A stretch of 64,000 nucleotides of DNA from assembly GCA_020721805.1 (NCBI GenBank), contig DYMB01000001.1, positions 243,149 through 307,148 on the forward strand. Direction: 5' to 3'. Numbering within the stretch: position 1 is the first letter of the stretch; each line of letters starts with the position of its first letter. Positions 1 through 9,000 of this stretch are shown in pieces. The translations under genes were made by a program, and so were the position numbers. The notes under the pieces are model-generated. The model saw nothing but the letters and a program-made list of their open reading frames with translations. It made no database searches and was not told the DNA's origin. This DNA is from Acetofilamentum sp. GTDB taxonomy: Bacteria > Hydrothermota > 32-111.

Positions 1-1603
1 CAAAAATGGTGGAGGTGCATTTCTTATTCCATACTTTGTTGCACTATTTGTTGCTGGAATACCACTGCTTATGATGGAAACTGCTCTAGGACAGAAATTT
101 CAGGGATCCTCTGCAAAAAGTTTTTCATCGGTATCAAAAAAATTTGAATGGCTTGGCTGGTTTGCAATATTCGTTGGAGTGATAATATGTTCATACTATG
201 CTGTTGTTCTTTCCTGGGCATTAAACTATCTTTTTTATTCTTTCAACCTTTCATGGAATACTACTGGTAGCATAAATTTTTTCTTTAACGATTTTTTAAG
301 AATTTCTCAAACCCCGTTCGATTTTTCAAAATTCAATTTTAACATATTTGCTGGACTTATTCTTATATGGTTTATATCCAGTTATGTTATTGTAAAAGGA
401 GTGAAATCTCTTGGTAAATTCAATATATTGTTATTACCCTTATCTTTTGTTATACTTCTTTTACTTTTGCTACGAGGGATAACTTTGAAAGGTTCCTTTT
501 CGGGATTGGAAAAATTCTTTACACCCGATTTTACAAAACTTCGTTCGATCAATGTCTGGCTTGAAGCTTTCTCTCAGATATTTTTTACACTATCCTTAGG
601 TTTTGGAATACTGATAGCATATGCAAGTTATAGAGATGAAAATACAGATATTGCAAACAACGCAAAGATAACCGGTTTTACAAACTCTTTGGTGGAATTT
701 CTCGCAGGTATAGCAGTTTTTTCCACAGTTGGTTTTCTTGCATTTTCCAAAAATGTTCCAATAGACTCTTTAAAACTTGGTGGTCCTGGTCTTGCTTTTG
801 TGACTTATCCTGAGGCTATATCCAATATTCCCGGCTTGCCAAATCTTTTTGGCATCATATTTTTTTTGATGCTTCTTTTCCTTGGTTTAACTTCACTTGT
901 TTCACTGATGGAGGCTGTAGTTACCGGGTTGAAGGATAAGTTCAACTTTTCAAGAAAAAAATCTGTTTTTATAATCGTAGCGGTTGATCTTTTCTTAGGG
1001 CTTTTTTATTGTTTTGGAAGTGGTTTATACTGGCTTGATATAGTAGATCACTGGATACTTTCATACGGACTTCTGGTTGTTGGACTCTTCGAAACCATAA
1101 TAGTAGGATGGATACTTGGTGCAAAGAAGTTGAGGGATTTTATAAATGAAGTTTCCGAAATAAAGATTGACAGATTTTTTGATCTCTCGATAAAATATCT
1201 TGTTCCTTTTATATTGATAATATTGATACTCTTTTCACTTTTCAACGAATTGCAAAAGCCTTATGAGGATTATCCTTTAAGTGCAAGAATATATGGAGGA
1301 TTTCTGGTTGTTATTTTTACACTTTTGGTATCTTTACTTGTGAGTAATTTTAAAAATTTTTATGATGTTTCAATATGGGGTAAATTTTATCTTTTATTCT
1401 TGATTTTTATCACATCAGTTTACTATATGATAGAAAAAACAAAAATTTTAAATGTTAAATTCAGTTTTAAATATAGCGCGCTGGTTTTCTTTTTGTTTGG
1501 ATTTATTTTACTTGTTGGGAATCTTTCATATGCTATCCATACTGCGATAAAGAATGAGAGAAAGAATAAAACGGAAGATAACACTACACCGACTACATTT
1601 TAA
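1..1603 (+). CDS. Sodium-dependent transporter, NSS/SNF (SLC6) family; 5' end truncated by the window edge
   Basis: The frame is open from nt 1. The N-terminal peptide KNGGGAFLIPYFVALFVAGIPLLMMETALGQ contains the NSS signature NGGGAFLIPY and is followed by ~11-12 hydrophobic helices. The annotated ORF at 71 is an internal Met; stop at 1601-1603. Confidence 0.8.
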   Translation, partial: KNGGGAFLIPYFVALFVAGIPLLMMETALGQKFQGSSAKSFSSVSKKFEWLGWFAIFVGVIICSYYAVVLSWALNYLFYSFNLSWNTTGSINFFFNDFLRISQTPFDFSKFNFNIFAGLILIWFISSYVIVKGVKSLGKFNILLLPLSFVILLLLLLRGITLKGSFSGLEKFFTPDFTKLRSINVWLEAFSQIFFTLSLGFGILIAYASYRDENTDIANNAKITGFTNSLVEFLAGIAVFSTVGFLAFSKNVPIDSLKLGGPGLAFVTYPEAISNIPGLPNLFGIIFFLMLLFLGLTSLVSLMEAVVTGLKDKFNFSRKKSVFIIVAVDLFLGLFYCFGSGLYWLDIVDHWILSYGLLVVGLFETIIVGWILGAKKLRDFINEVSEIKIDRFFDLSIKYLVPFILIILILFSLFNELQKPYEDYPLSARIYGGFLVVIFTLLVSLLVSNFKNFYDVSIWGKFYLLFLIFITSVYYMIEKTKILNVKFSFKYSALVFFLFGFILLVGNLSYAIHTAIKNERKNKTEDNTTPTTF

Positions 1604-1604
1604 G

Positions 1605-1685
1605 TGCCGGGGAGGGGACTTGAACCCCTATGGGAAGCCCACACGCCCCTCAAACGTGCGCGTCTGCCAGTTTCGCCACCCCGGC
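1605..1685 (-). tRNA. tRNA-Leu (anticodon GAG), type II with long variable arm
   Basis: The reverse complement folds as GCCGGGG acceptor / CCCCGGC, an E. coli Leu-like D-arm (UGGCGAAACUGGCAGACGC), anticodon stem CACGU/GCGUG with loop UUGAGGG (34-36 = GAG, G37), a GGG-CUU-CCC variable hairpin, T-arm AGGGGUUCAAGUCCCCU and discriminator A73. CCA is not encoded. Confidence 0.85.
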
Positions 1686-1689
1686 AGAA

Positions 1690-1762
<73 letters not shown>

Positions 1763-1813
1763 ATAAAAAAAAATCATACAAAAAAATTTTTAAATGTCAA
1801 TAGAAAATTTTAC

Positions 1814-1843
1814 TTGACATTATAAATCTATAGGTTCTATAAT
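1814..1843 (+). promoter_or_regulatory. Sigma70-like promoter: TTGACA, 18 nt spacer, TATAAT; -10 ends 6 nt before the ATG at 1850
   Basis: TTGACA at 1814-1819 and TATAAT at 1838-1843, both perfect hexamers. The start codon lies at 1850-1852, so the transcript would be leaderless or have a very short leader. Confidence 0.45.
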
Positions 1844-1849
1844 TTATAT

Positions 1850-4003
1850 ATGAAGGTTTTTTTAAAAATTTTACCATTTTTTCTTTTTTTGAAAATCTTT
1901 TCTTTAGATATTGGGAAAATGGACCCAACTCTTCTTTCCTATTTTTCAGAAGATTTAGGTAAAGAATTTTCTTTAATAGAGGTCAAAAGTTTACAGATAG
2001 ATTTAGAAAATTGTAAAAATGATTATAAAACTCTTTCCTACAATTTTTTTCTTGAAAATAAGGATAAGGATCTTTTACCTGTTATCTTAAAAGGTAATGT
2101 CTTAAAAATTTATCAATATGTTAGTGAGCCTTTGATAATAACTGATTCAATATTGACCGGATATGTAGATTTTATAACCCTTTCAAATATAACAGATTCT
2201 AATTTTCTGGATTACTGTGAGATTGCAAAACCTGTTTTTCAATCCTCTGATAGTGCAGCCTATTTTACAAGAATCTCACAGATGGTTAGAATGGGATATG
2301 ATGGAGAGGGTGTTAATATTTGTTTTATAGATGATGGATTCGACCCTTATTTTTTAAACAATGGTAATATCTCAAAATTTCAAATTTTATGGAACCAGAA
2401 GGGAAATAATAGTTTTCTTCCTCCGCAAGGTTTCTGGTATGGTGAAGAGGTGGATTCCACAAAGATAACTTACTACAGAATGGAGGATAGGACTGGACAT
2501 GGGACATCACTTCTTTCCATAATATCATCTGAAGGTTATTTTGTGGAAGGAATTTTAAAAAAATCTAAAATAATTGGAGTAAACACATATCCAAATACCA
2601 AAAATCTTATAGAGGGTATAAAATATCTTGTAAAAAAGGGTGAAGATTTTCAAAAACCTTTTGTTGTTTTTATGCCACTCAACTATTATTGGGGAGGGCA
2701 TAAGGGAGATGATCTGTTTGAAGATTGCTTGAAAAAACTTTTCCCACTGGAAGGTTTAAAAAGAGGTATATCGGTTCCAGCGGGAAATCTTGGTAACCTT
2801 AAAATAAATGCAACTTTAAACGAAATAGCAACAGATACATTTCAAGAAATTTTTTCAAATTCATCGGTATTGATTCTTACCGATACTTCTTATTTTCTTG
2901 ATATTGATATGATAAACGGAAACGATATCTTTTTAAGATTTTTCGTCGTGGATAATGGAGAGTTTAATATTTCAAAATGGATATCCCTAAAAGATAGTAA
3001 TGTTTTCTTTTTATATGGGCAAAACTATTTTATAGGTTTCGGTTTTAATCCAGAAAGAAAAAATTCACATTTAACTTTCCAACATGAAAATAGAGCATAT
3101 CTGGGAATACAGGTATTTAATAAAGATTTAAACGATTCTGTAGAAATGTTCATAACGAGAGGCGGAGCATTTATAAAACCTTCATATGAAAATTTTTTTG
3201 AAGGGAACTCATCTTCAACATTATGTTCTCCATCTTCAATCGAGAATGTTATCTCTTCAGGTTCATACATTTCAAGAACCAACGCTCTTATTTTTTCTTC
3301 TCAGGATACTCTTTTTAAAATATGTGGCTGGAATTCAAAAAACAAAAATAGTTTAAAACCGGATATTTTTTCTCCTGGGAAATATATATTAAGTATGAAA
3401 ATCGGAGAAAATGGAATACCTTATAAGGATAGTTCAGGCTTTTTTATGGGAACAAGTTATTCTTCAATCTTTACAGGTATAGCGCTTGTTCAACTACTTC
3501 AGGCTGATTCGAATTTAAGCGTTTATCAACTTTACCAGTTGATAAAGATCGGTGCTGATATCATTTCAGGTGATGCTTTGAATGGCTCAACATTTTCAGG
3601 TTATGGTTTTTTAAACATTTTTAGAAGTTTAAAGAGCCAATCCGTTGAAAAGTTCGAACCTCAATTTTCTGTTGAAAAAGGAAAAGATTTTATAAAAATT
3701 ATCTTGAAAAATTCTGATTATTCGATTATAGAATGTGTTAAAAAAAACTCATCCCTTAAATTTGAGAAATTCTTCAACTTTTTTGTTGACAAAAATCCTT
3801 TTATAGGGCAAAATATTTATTTGATAAAAATAAAAGATAATTCTAAAAAAATCCAGACCGTTGAATTGAGTGTTGATTTTGAAAAAGGGAAAAATAAAGA
3901 AAGAATTTTTGATATTATGGGAAGAACAGTCTTAAAAATTAAAAATAAAGGGGTTTATTTTAAAATGGATAATGGTAAAATAAAGAAAATAATAAAGTTT
4001 TGA
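1850..4003 (+). CDS. Secreted subtilisin-like (S8) peptidase with C-terminal T9SS sorting domain
   Basis: N-terminal signal peptide MKVFLKILPFFLFLKIFS. Divergent S8 triad motifs: VNICFIDDGFD (Asp), RTGHGTSLL (His), GFFMGTSYSSIFTG (Ser). The C-terminus IFDIMGRTVLKIKNKGVYFKMDNGKIKKIIKF matches a Por/T9SS C-terminal target domain. Confidence 0.6.
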   Translation: MKVFLKILPFFLFLKIFSLDIGKMDPTLLSYFSEDLGKEFSLIEVKSLQIDLENCKNDYKTLSYNFFLENKDKDLLPVILKGNVLKIYQYVSEPLIITDSILTGYVDFITLSNITDSNFLDYCEIAKPVFQSSDSAAYFTRISQMVRMGYDGEGVNICFIDDGFDPYFLNNGNISKFQILWNQKGNNSFLPPQGFWYGEEVDSTKITYYRMEDRTGHGTSLLSIISSEGYFVEGILKKSKIIGVNTYPNTKNLIEGIKYLVKKGEDFQKPFVVFMPLNYYWGGHKGDDLFEDCLKKLFPLEGLKRGISVPAGNLGNLKINATLNEIATDTFQEIFSNSSVLILTDTSYFLDIDMINGNDIFLRFFVVDNGEFNISKWISLKDSNVFFLYGQNYFIGFGFNPERKNSHLTFQHENRAYLGIQVFNKDLNDSVEMFITRGGAFIKPSYENFFEGNSSSTLCSPSSIENVISSGSYISRTNALIFSSQDTLFKICGWNSKNKNSLKPDIFSPGKYILSMKIGENGIPYKDSSGFFMGTSYSSIFTGIALVQLLQADSNLSVYQLYQLIKIGADIISGDALNGSTFSGYGFLNIFRSLKSQSVEKFEPQFSVEKGKDFIKIILKNSDYSIIECVKKNSSLKFEKFFNFFVDKNPFIGQNIYLIKIKDNSKKIQTVELSVDFEKGKNKERIFDIMGRTVLKIKNKGVYFKMDNGKIKKIIKF

Positions 4004-4015
4004 AAGGAGGTTTTT

Positions 4016-5824
4016 ATGTACAAAAAGTTTATTTTTGTTTTTCTGGTTTTATCATTTCTTCTCTCGTTTGCATATGTTGGTCCAAATGTGAAGTATCCAT
4101 TTAAACAGATTTCCTGGGTCGGTGGTTCTGGGCAGGATATTTTTACAGATGAGACAAAATTTCTTTCATCGGAAAGAATACATTTCTCTTTAAATCCTAT
4201 AACACTCGATTATATTGAGGATACTAATTTTACATTGGTATCAACATATCCTTCAGCAGCGGCAGGTAATGTTGGGACATCCAATGGCCTTTTAAATCTT
4301 AATGATACAATATTTGCTTTGGGTGGTTTAACAGCGAACCTATCTTATTCAATCAATAAAGGACAAACATGGCTTACATTTGATACATTACCAGTTAATC
4401 AAAATAATTCTGAACTTCTTACCTTTCAGAAGGTTAACGATACTATATATGTTGGTGGATACTGGGGAGCAGTAAATTTTGCTTTCATATTTAAAAGTTC
4501 AGATATGAAGACATGGGAAAATGTAACACAGCCTGACGGGGCTGCAAGAGTTTATACTATATTATATATTGGAGGTGATACATTTCTTGTAGCAGCAGGG
4601 GATCCAGATCAATCTTCCGCAGATCATGATGGACAGATCTTTAGAACGACAGATCGTTTCCAGACATATGATAAGGTTGATACACTCGGTTATGCTGCAA
4701 TCACCAATATTATAAAATATAATGGCGATACCCTTATCGCTTCAGGTGATAATATTTTATACGGTGAACCTATATTAATTTCAAAAGATAATGGAGTAAC
4801 ATGGGCAGCATCAGGTTCAGTTGACTCAGCTTTTACTTCTTCTGGTAATCCTTTTGCATTACTTTCACTTACAAAAATCGGGAATTATATTTTTACAGGA
4901 TCTTATGGTATTTTTGGTGGTGGAATTTATAGAAGCGGGGATGTTGGCAACACATGGGAGATGATGGACACTCTGAAAACAATACCTGATACCTGTGATA
5001 TAACAGGTTTTTACTCTTTTGATGGTGGCTCAACAATTTATGTCACATCAGGGCTTCCCGGTGTTTTATATAAAACTACCGATGGTGGATATACTTTCAC
5101 ATTTTGCGATTCTTTAACCGATAGTTCCGTAAAAGGTATGGTTAAACTTGGTGAACACACATATGGTGTTGGAGCAACTTCATCATCTTTAGGTGGAAAA
5201 ATCTATTATGACAGTTATTCTAAAAATGGTTATCTTGTTTCAAGTGCTATAAATATTGATAAATATGATACCATACCTGTTTCTGATTATTTTGATCTTT
5301 ATAATGTATTTATTACTTTCAATAAACCACAGTTTACAACTTTTACATTGAAAATGAGATCAGATTCCGATTCAACAATGGTAAATGCACCAGATTGGTC
5401 TTCATGTCCATCTGTAACGACATATAACAATTCTTCTAAGAATCTTACAGATATAACCTCAATAACAAATAAAGCTGGACATCATTATATTCAATATAGG
5501 ATAGATTTTACAACAACAAGGATGGAATTAACTCCATCAGTTGATTCTATATGGATAGAAAAAGTCTCAGGAATTGAGAATCTTAATCTTTTTTCAAAAG
5601 AGAATATTTCCATAACTTTTGCAAAAAATAAAGTTATCATTGATACAAAAGATCAGAGTGTAGTAAAGATTTTTGATATTGCTGGAAGAAATCTTATAAA
5701 TAGGAAACTCGTTGAAGGAAAGAATATAATAAAGACAAATATTTTACCATCAGGTAAATATATTTTAAAAGTATTTAATAATTCAAAAGAAATATACTCA
5801 AAAAGTTTCAATATTATAAAATAG
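4016..5824 (+). CDS. Secreted BNR/Asp-box repeat protein with C-terminal T9SS sorting domain
   Basis: Signal peptide. Repeated S-x-D-x-G-x-T-W Asp-box motifs: SINKGQTW, SKDNGVTW, RSGDVGNTW, TTDGGYTF. C-terminal KIFDIAGRNLINRKL...GKYILKVFNNSKEIYSKSFNIIK is T9SS-type. RBS GGAGG lies 8 nt upstream. Confidence 0.6.
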   Translation: MYKKFIFVFLVLSFLLSFAYVGPNVKYPFKQISWVGGSGQDIFTDETKFLSSERIHFSLNPITLDYIEDTNFTLVSTYPSAAAGNVGTSNGLLNLNDTIFALGGLTANLSYSINKGQTWLTFDTLPVNQNNSELLTFQKVNDTIYVGGYWGAVNFAFIFKSSDMKTWENVTQPDGAARVYTILYIGGDTFLVAAGDPDQSSADHDGQIFRTTDRFQTYDKVDTLGYAAITNIIKYNGDTLIASGDNILYGEPILISKDNGVTWAASGSVDSAFTSSGNPFALLSLTKIGNYIFTGSYGIFGGGIYRSGDVGNTWEMMDTLKTIPDTCDITGFYSFDGGSTIYVTSGLPGVLYKTTDGGYTFTFCDSLTDSSVKGMVKLGEHTYGVGATSSSLGGKIYYDSYSKNGYLVSSAINIDKYDTIPVSDYFDLYNVFITFNKPQFTTFTLKMRSDSDSTMVNAPDWSSCPSVTTYNNSSKNLTDITSITNKAGHHYIQYRIDFTTTRMELTPSVDSIWIEKVSGIENLNLFSKENISITFAKNKVIIDTKDQSVVKIFDIAGRNLINRKLVEGKNIIKTNILPSGKYILKVFNNSKEIYSKSFNIIK

Positions 5825-5837
5825 AGCATTAAGATAT

Positions 5838-5863
5838 AAGGGGTGCAAAAATTTGCACCCCTT
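5838..5863 (+). terminator. Perfect palindromic hairpin (AAGGGGTGCAAA/TTTGCACCCCTT) downstream of the BNR gene
   Basis: A 12-nt inverted repeat forms a GC-rich stem right after the stop at 5824. No clean T-tract follows, so it is a terminator-like or processing hairpin. Confidence 0.4.
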
Positions 5864-6018
5864 AAGAAAAATGTGAAAAATTTTCAACAATTTTCATTCT
5901 TTTTCTATTTCACTACTATTAAATATATATTTAAAAGAGAGTTAAAATGAAAGATGGCATGTTTTTTGCTTAAACAAGATTGTGTAAAGTTTAGTAAAAA
6001 AAATAGTAAGGAGGTAAG

Positions 6019-9000
6019 ATGAAGAAAATCTTAAATTTAATGCTTCTTTTATCTCTCCTTATTCTTTTTACCGGTGCAAAATCTTTTTCGCAAAAGAGTG
6101 TTGATTTTAACACCTCACCGGTTATGAATGAGGGGAATTTTGTGAATCCACTTGCTGATGGATTCAAATCTGTTGTAAAAGGTAAAGAGATGGTAAAAAG
6201 TTTGAAGGATCCAAACATTATCCATCTTCCTTACCATGATTTTGATGTTAGAAATGGTGAACCGAACATTCCTTCAGATTTAAGAGCAAAATCTTCAAAG
6301 GATGGATGGAACTATTACATCGTTAAATTTTCAGGTCCAGTTCTTGAAAAGTATAAGAGTGAACTTTCAAACTATGATGTTATGTTTGAATGGCCTATTC
6401 ATAACTATGGTTACATAGTTAAAATGAATGATGTCAATATTGAAAAGATTTCTAAACTTCCATATGTGAAGTTTATTTCTTTGTGGCATCCAGCCTACAA
6501 AGCCTCACCAAAATTCTTAAACTCAAAATCTGAACAAAAGAAAGAGATCGTTGTTCGTTTGTTCAGAAACGGTTCATATTATGAAGTTTTGAATTCACTT
6601 GAAAAACTTGGGGCAAGGATTATTGACAAATCTGAGCCTACGACAGCACTTGCAACTTTTCTTGTTGAAGTTCCAGAAAATATGATAGCAGAGATCGCAA
6701 AGATCAAAGATGTCTATCTTATGATGCAGTATGCAAAAAAATATCCACTAAACGATGTTGGAAGATCCATTATAATGAATGGTTCAACGACTGTTGGTGA
6801 TACTACAATATGGAAAATGGGAATTCATGGCGCCGGGCAGATAGTAAATGTAACAGATTCTGGAATTACTATTGGTCATTATGCGTTTTATGATCCATCA
6901 GTTTCACTTACAACATGGGGATATTATCCAACACATAGAAAAGTTATCGCTTATCTTCCAACCCATCCTAACTTCATTGATACATTAGATTTTGGAGATG
7001 GGAATAACCATTCATATCATGGAACACATGTAAGTGGAACTGTTGCTGGAGACGATTCTCTTCCTGGAGGAACTTCAAACTATGATGGTATAGCCAAACA
7101 TGCGAAGATACTTTTTATGGATGCTGGAAACACAGTTGATAATGGTTTGTGGATTCCAATAGATTGTTATTCAATGTTTGATACTATGTATGTTCATGGA
7201 GCAAGGATAACTTCAAACTCTTATGGGCCAGATGTTGGGACATATCCGGAACTTGGAGGAGCATATGATGAAGGATGCCAGCTGGCTGATGCCTATATGT
7301 GGGATCATAGAGATTTCAATGTTCATTTTGCTGCTGGAAATAGTGGTTCCAATGCAAAGACTATTGCTGGGACAGCCTGCGCAAAGGATGTTTATGCTGC
7401 AGGTTCACATCCTGAAAATTCAATTAACAATGTTTCTTCATTCTCTTCAAGAGGTCCAACCGCTGATGGAAGGTATGGTGTTACTTTGTTGACTCCAGGT
7501 GAAGCTGTTAGGTCAGCGGATGGTTCAACATCAGGTTCAAGTTCAAATTATAAAGATATGGATGGAACATCGATGGCAACACCATTCTCAGCAGGTGCTA
7601 TAGCATTGATTAGGGATTGGCTTGCACAGGGATTTTATCCAACTGGAACAAAAATACCTGAACACAGCATTACAAATCCATCCTCTGCTCTTATAAGAGC
7701 ACTCGCTGTAAACTCTGCAAACGATGCTGGACAGACGATCCCAAACAACGACTATGGTTTTGGTAGATTACAGTTAAACAATGCTCTATTCTTTTCAGAC
7801 ACAGCGGCACATTCACCAAAGGCTATTGTTTTTGATGATAATCATGAAGGTGTGTTAACAGGTGAATATGTTGAATATCAATTCAGTCTTACTGATACTT
7901 CTTCTGAATTAAGGGTAACACTTGTATGGACAGATTATCCGGCACCATTCTTTGGAGACAATAGTGTCACAGATACAACTCTTGTTAACGATCTTGATTT
8001 AGAGGTATACAATCCATCTGGAGCACTTGTTTCCGGAACCGACCATCTAAATACCATAGAACAGTATAGAAATACAACTCCAGCAAAAGGTATTTGGAAA
8101 GCAAGGGTTGTTGCAACAGATTGTCCTGTTTCTCCACAACCTTATGCAATCGTTGTTACATACAATCCTCTTAATGTAGCAAATGGTTCTGTAAAATTTG
8201 ATAAAGCAACTTATTCTACTATAGATTCTATAGCAACACTTATCGTAACCGATATGAATTTACCTGATAATGCTACTTTTGATATAAATGTTTACTCTCA
8301 ACTTGGTGATACAGAGTATGTCACTCTTACAGGAACAACTGGCCTATTTACTGGGACAGTTCAGATGGCTTATCAGGCAGCTATATCATCAAATGTTAAT
8401 GATGGGTACCTTGGGGTAAACAAGATTGATACTATATGGGCTATGTATAGTGATACAAACCCAGCAGAAACTTTGAGAGCAAGGGCTTTGATAGATAACG
8501 CTTCATTCACAATTTACAATGTAAGGTGCGAAAAGGCTGAAGGCACGAGGGCATTCATAGCATGGTCAACAACTGAACCCACAACAGGGAAAGTTTACTA
8601 TGGCACAACGACTTCACTTGGCTCTGAAACCGCTGAGAATCCAAACCTTGTTTATGAACACTCAGGTGACCAGGCTATAATTGTTTCTGGACTTACTCCA
8701 AATACTATCTATTATTATGATGTAGAATCTAGAGATAATAAAGGAAATAGTGTCAGGGATGACAATAATGGCTCTCATTACCAGTTTGCAACAGTAGATC
8801 TTTCAAGTGCTGACATTCTTGTTGTTGTTACCGATGATAATCTTCAAGGAGAACTTTTTGCACATCCAGAATTTTTGACTTATGCGATAGAACAAGGTGG
8901 ATGGAATTATGCCTGGTATCAGACCTCACTCAACAATTTGGGTCAGTTACCCGTTACCGATCTTTTGAGAAATTATAAGGCAATATTCTTGCAGTCAGGG

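Noticed and set aside
5991-6218. 75-aa minus-strand ORF spanning the subtilase start region
   Set aside because: It overlaps the RBS and signal-peptide coding region of a strongly supported + strand gene. No independent support.
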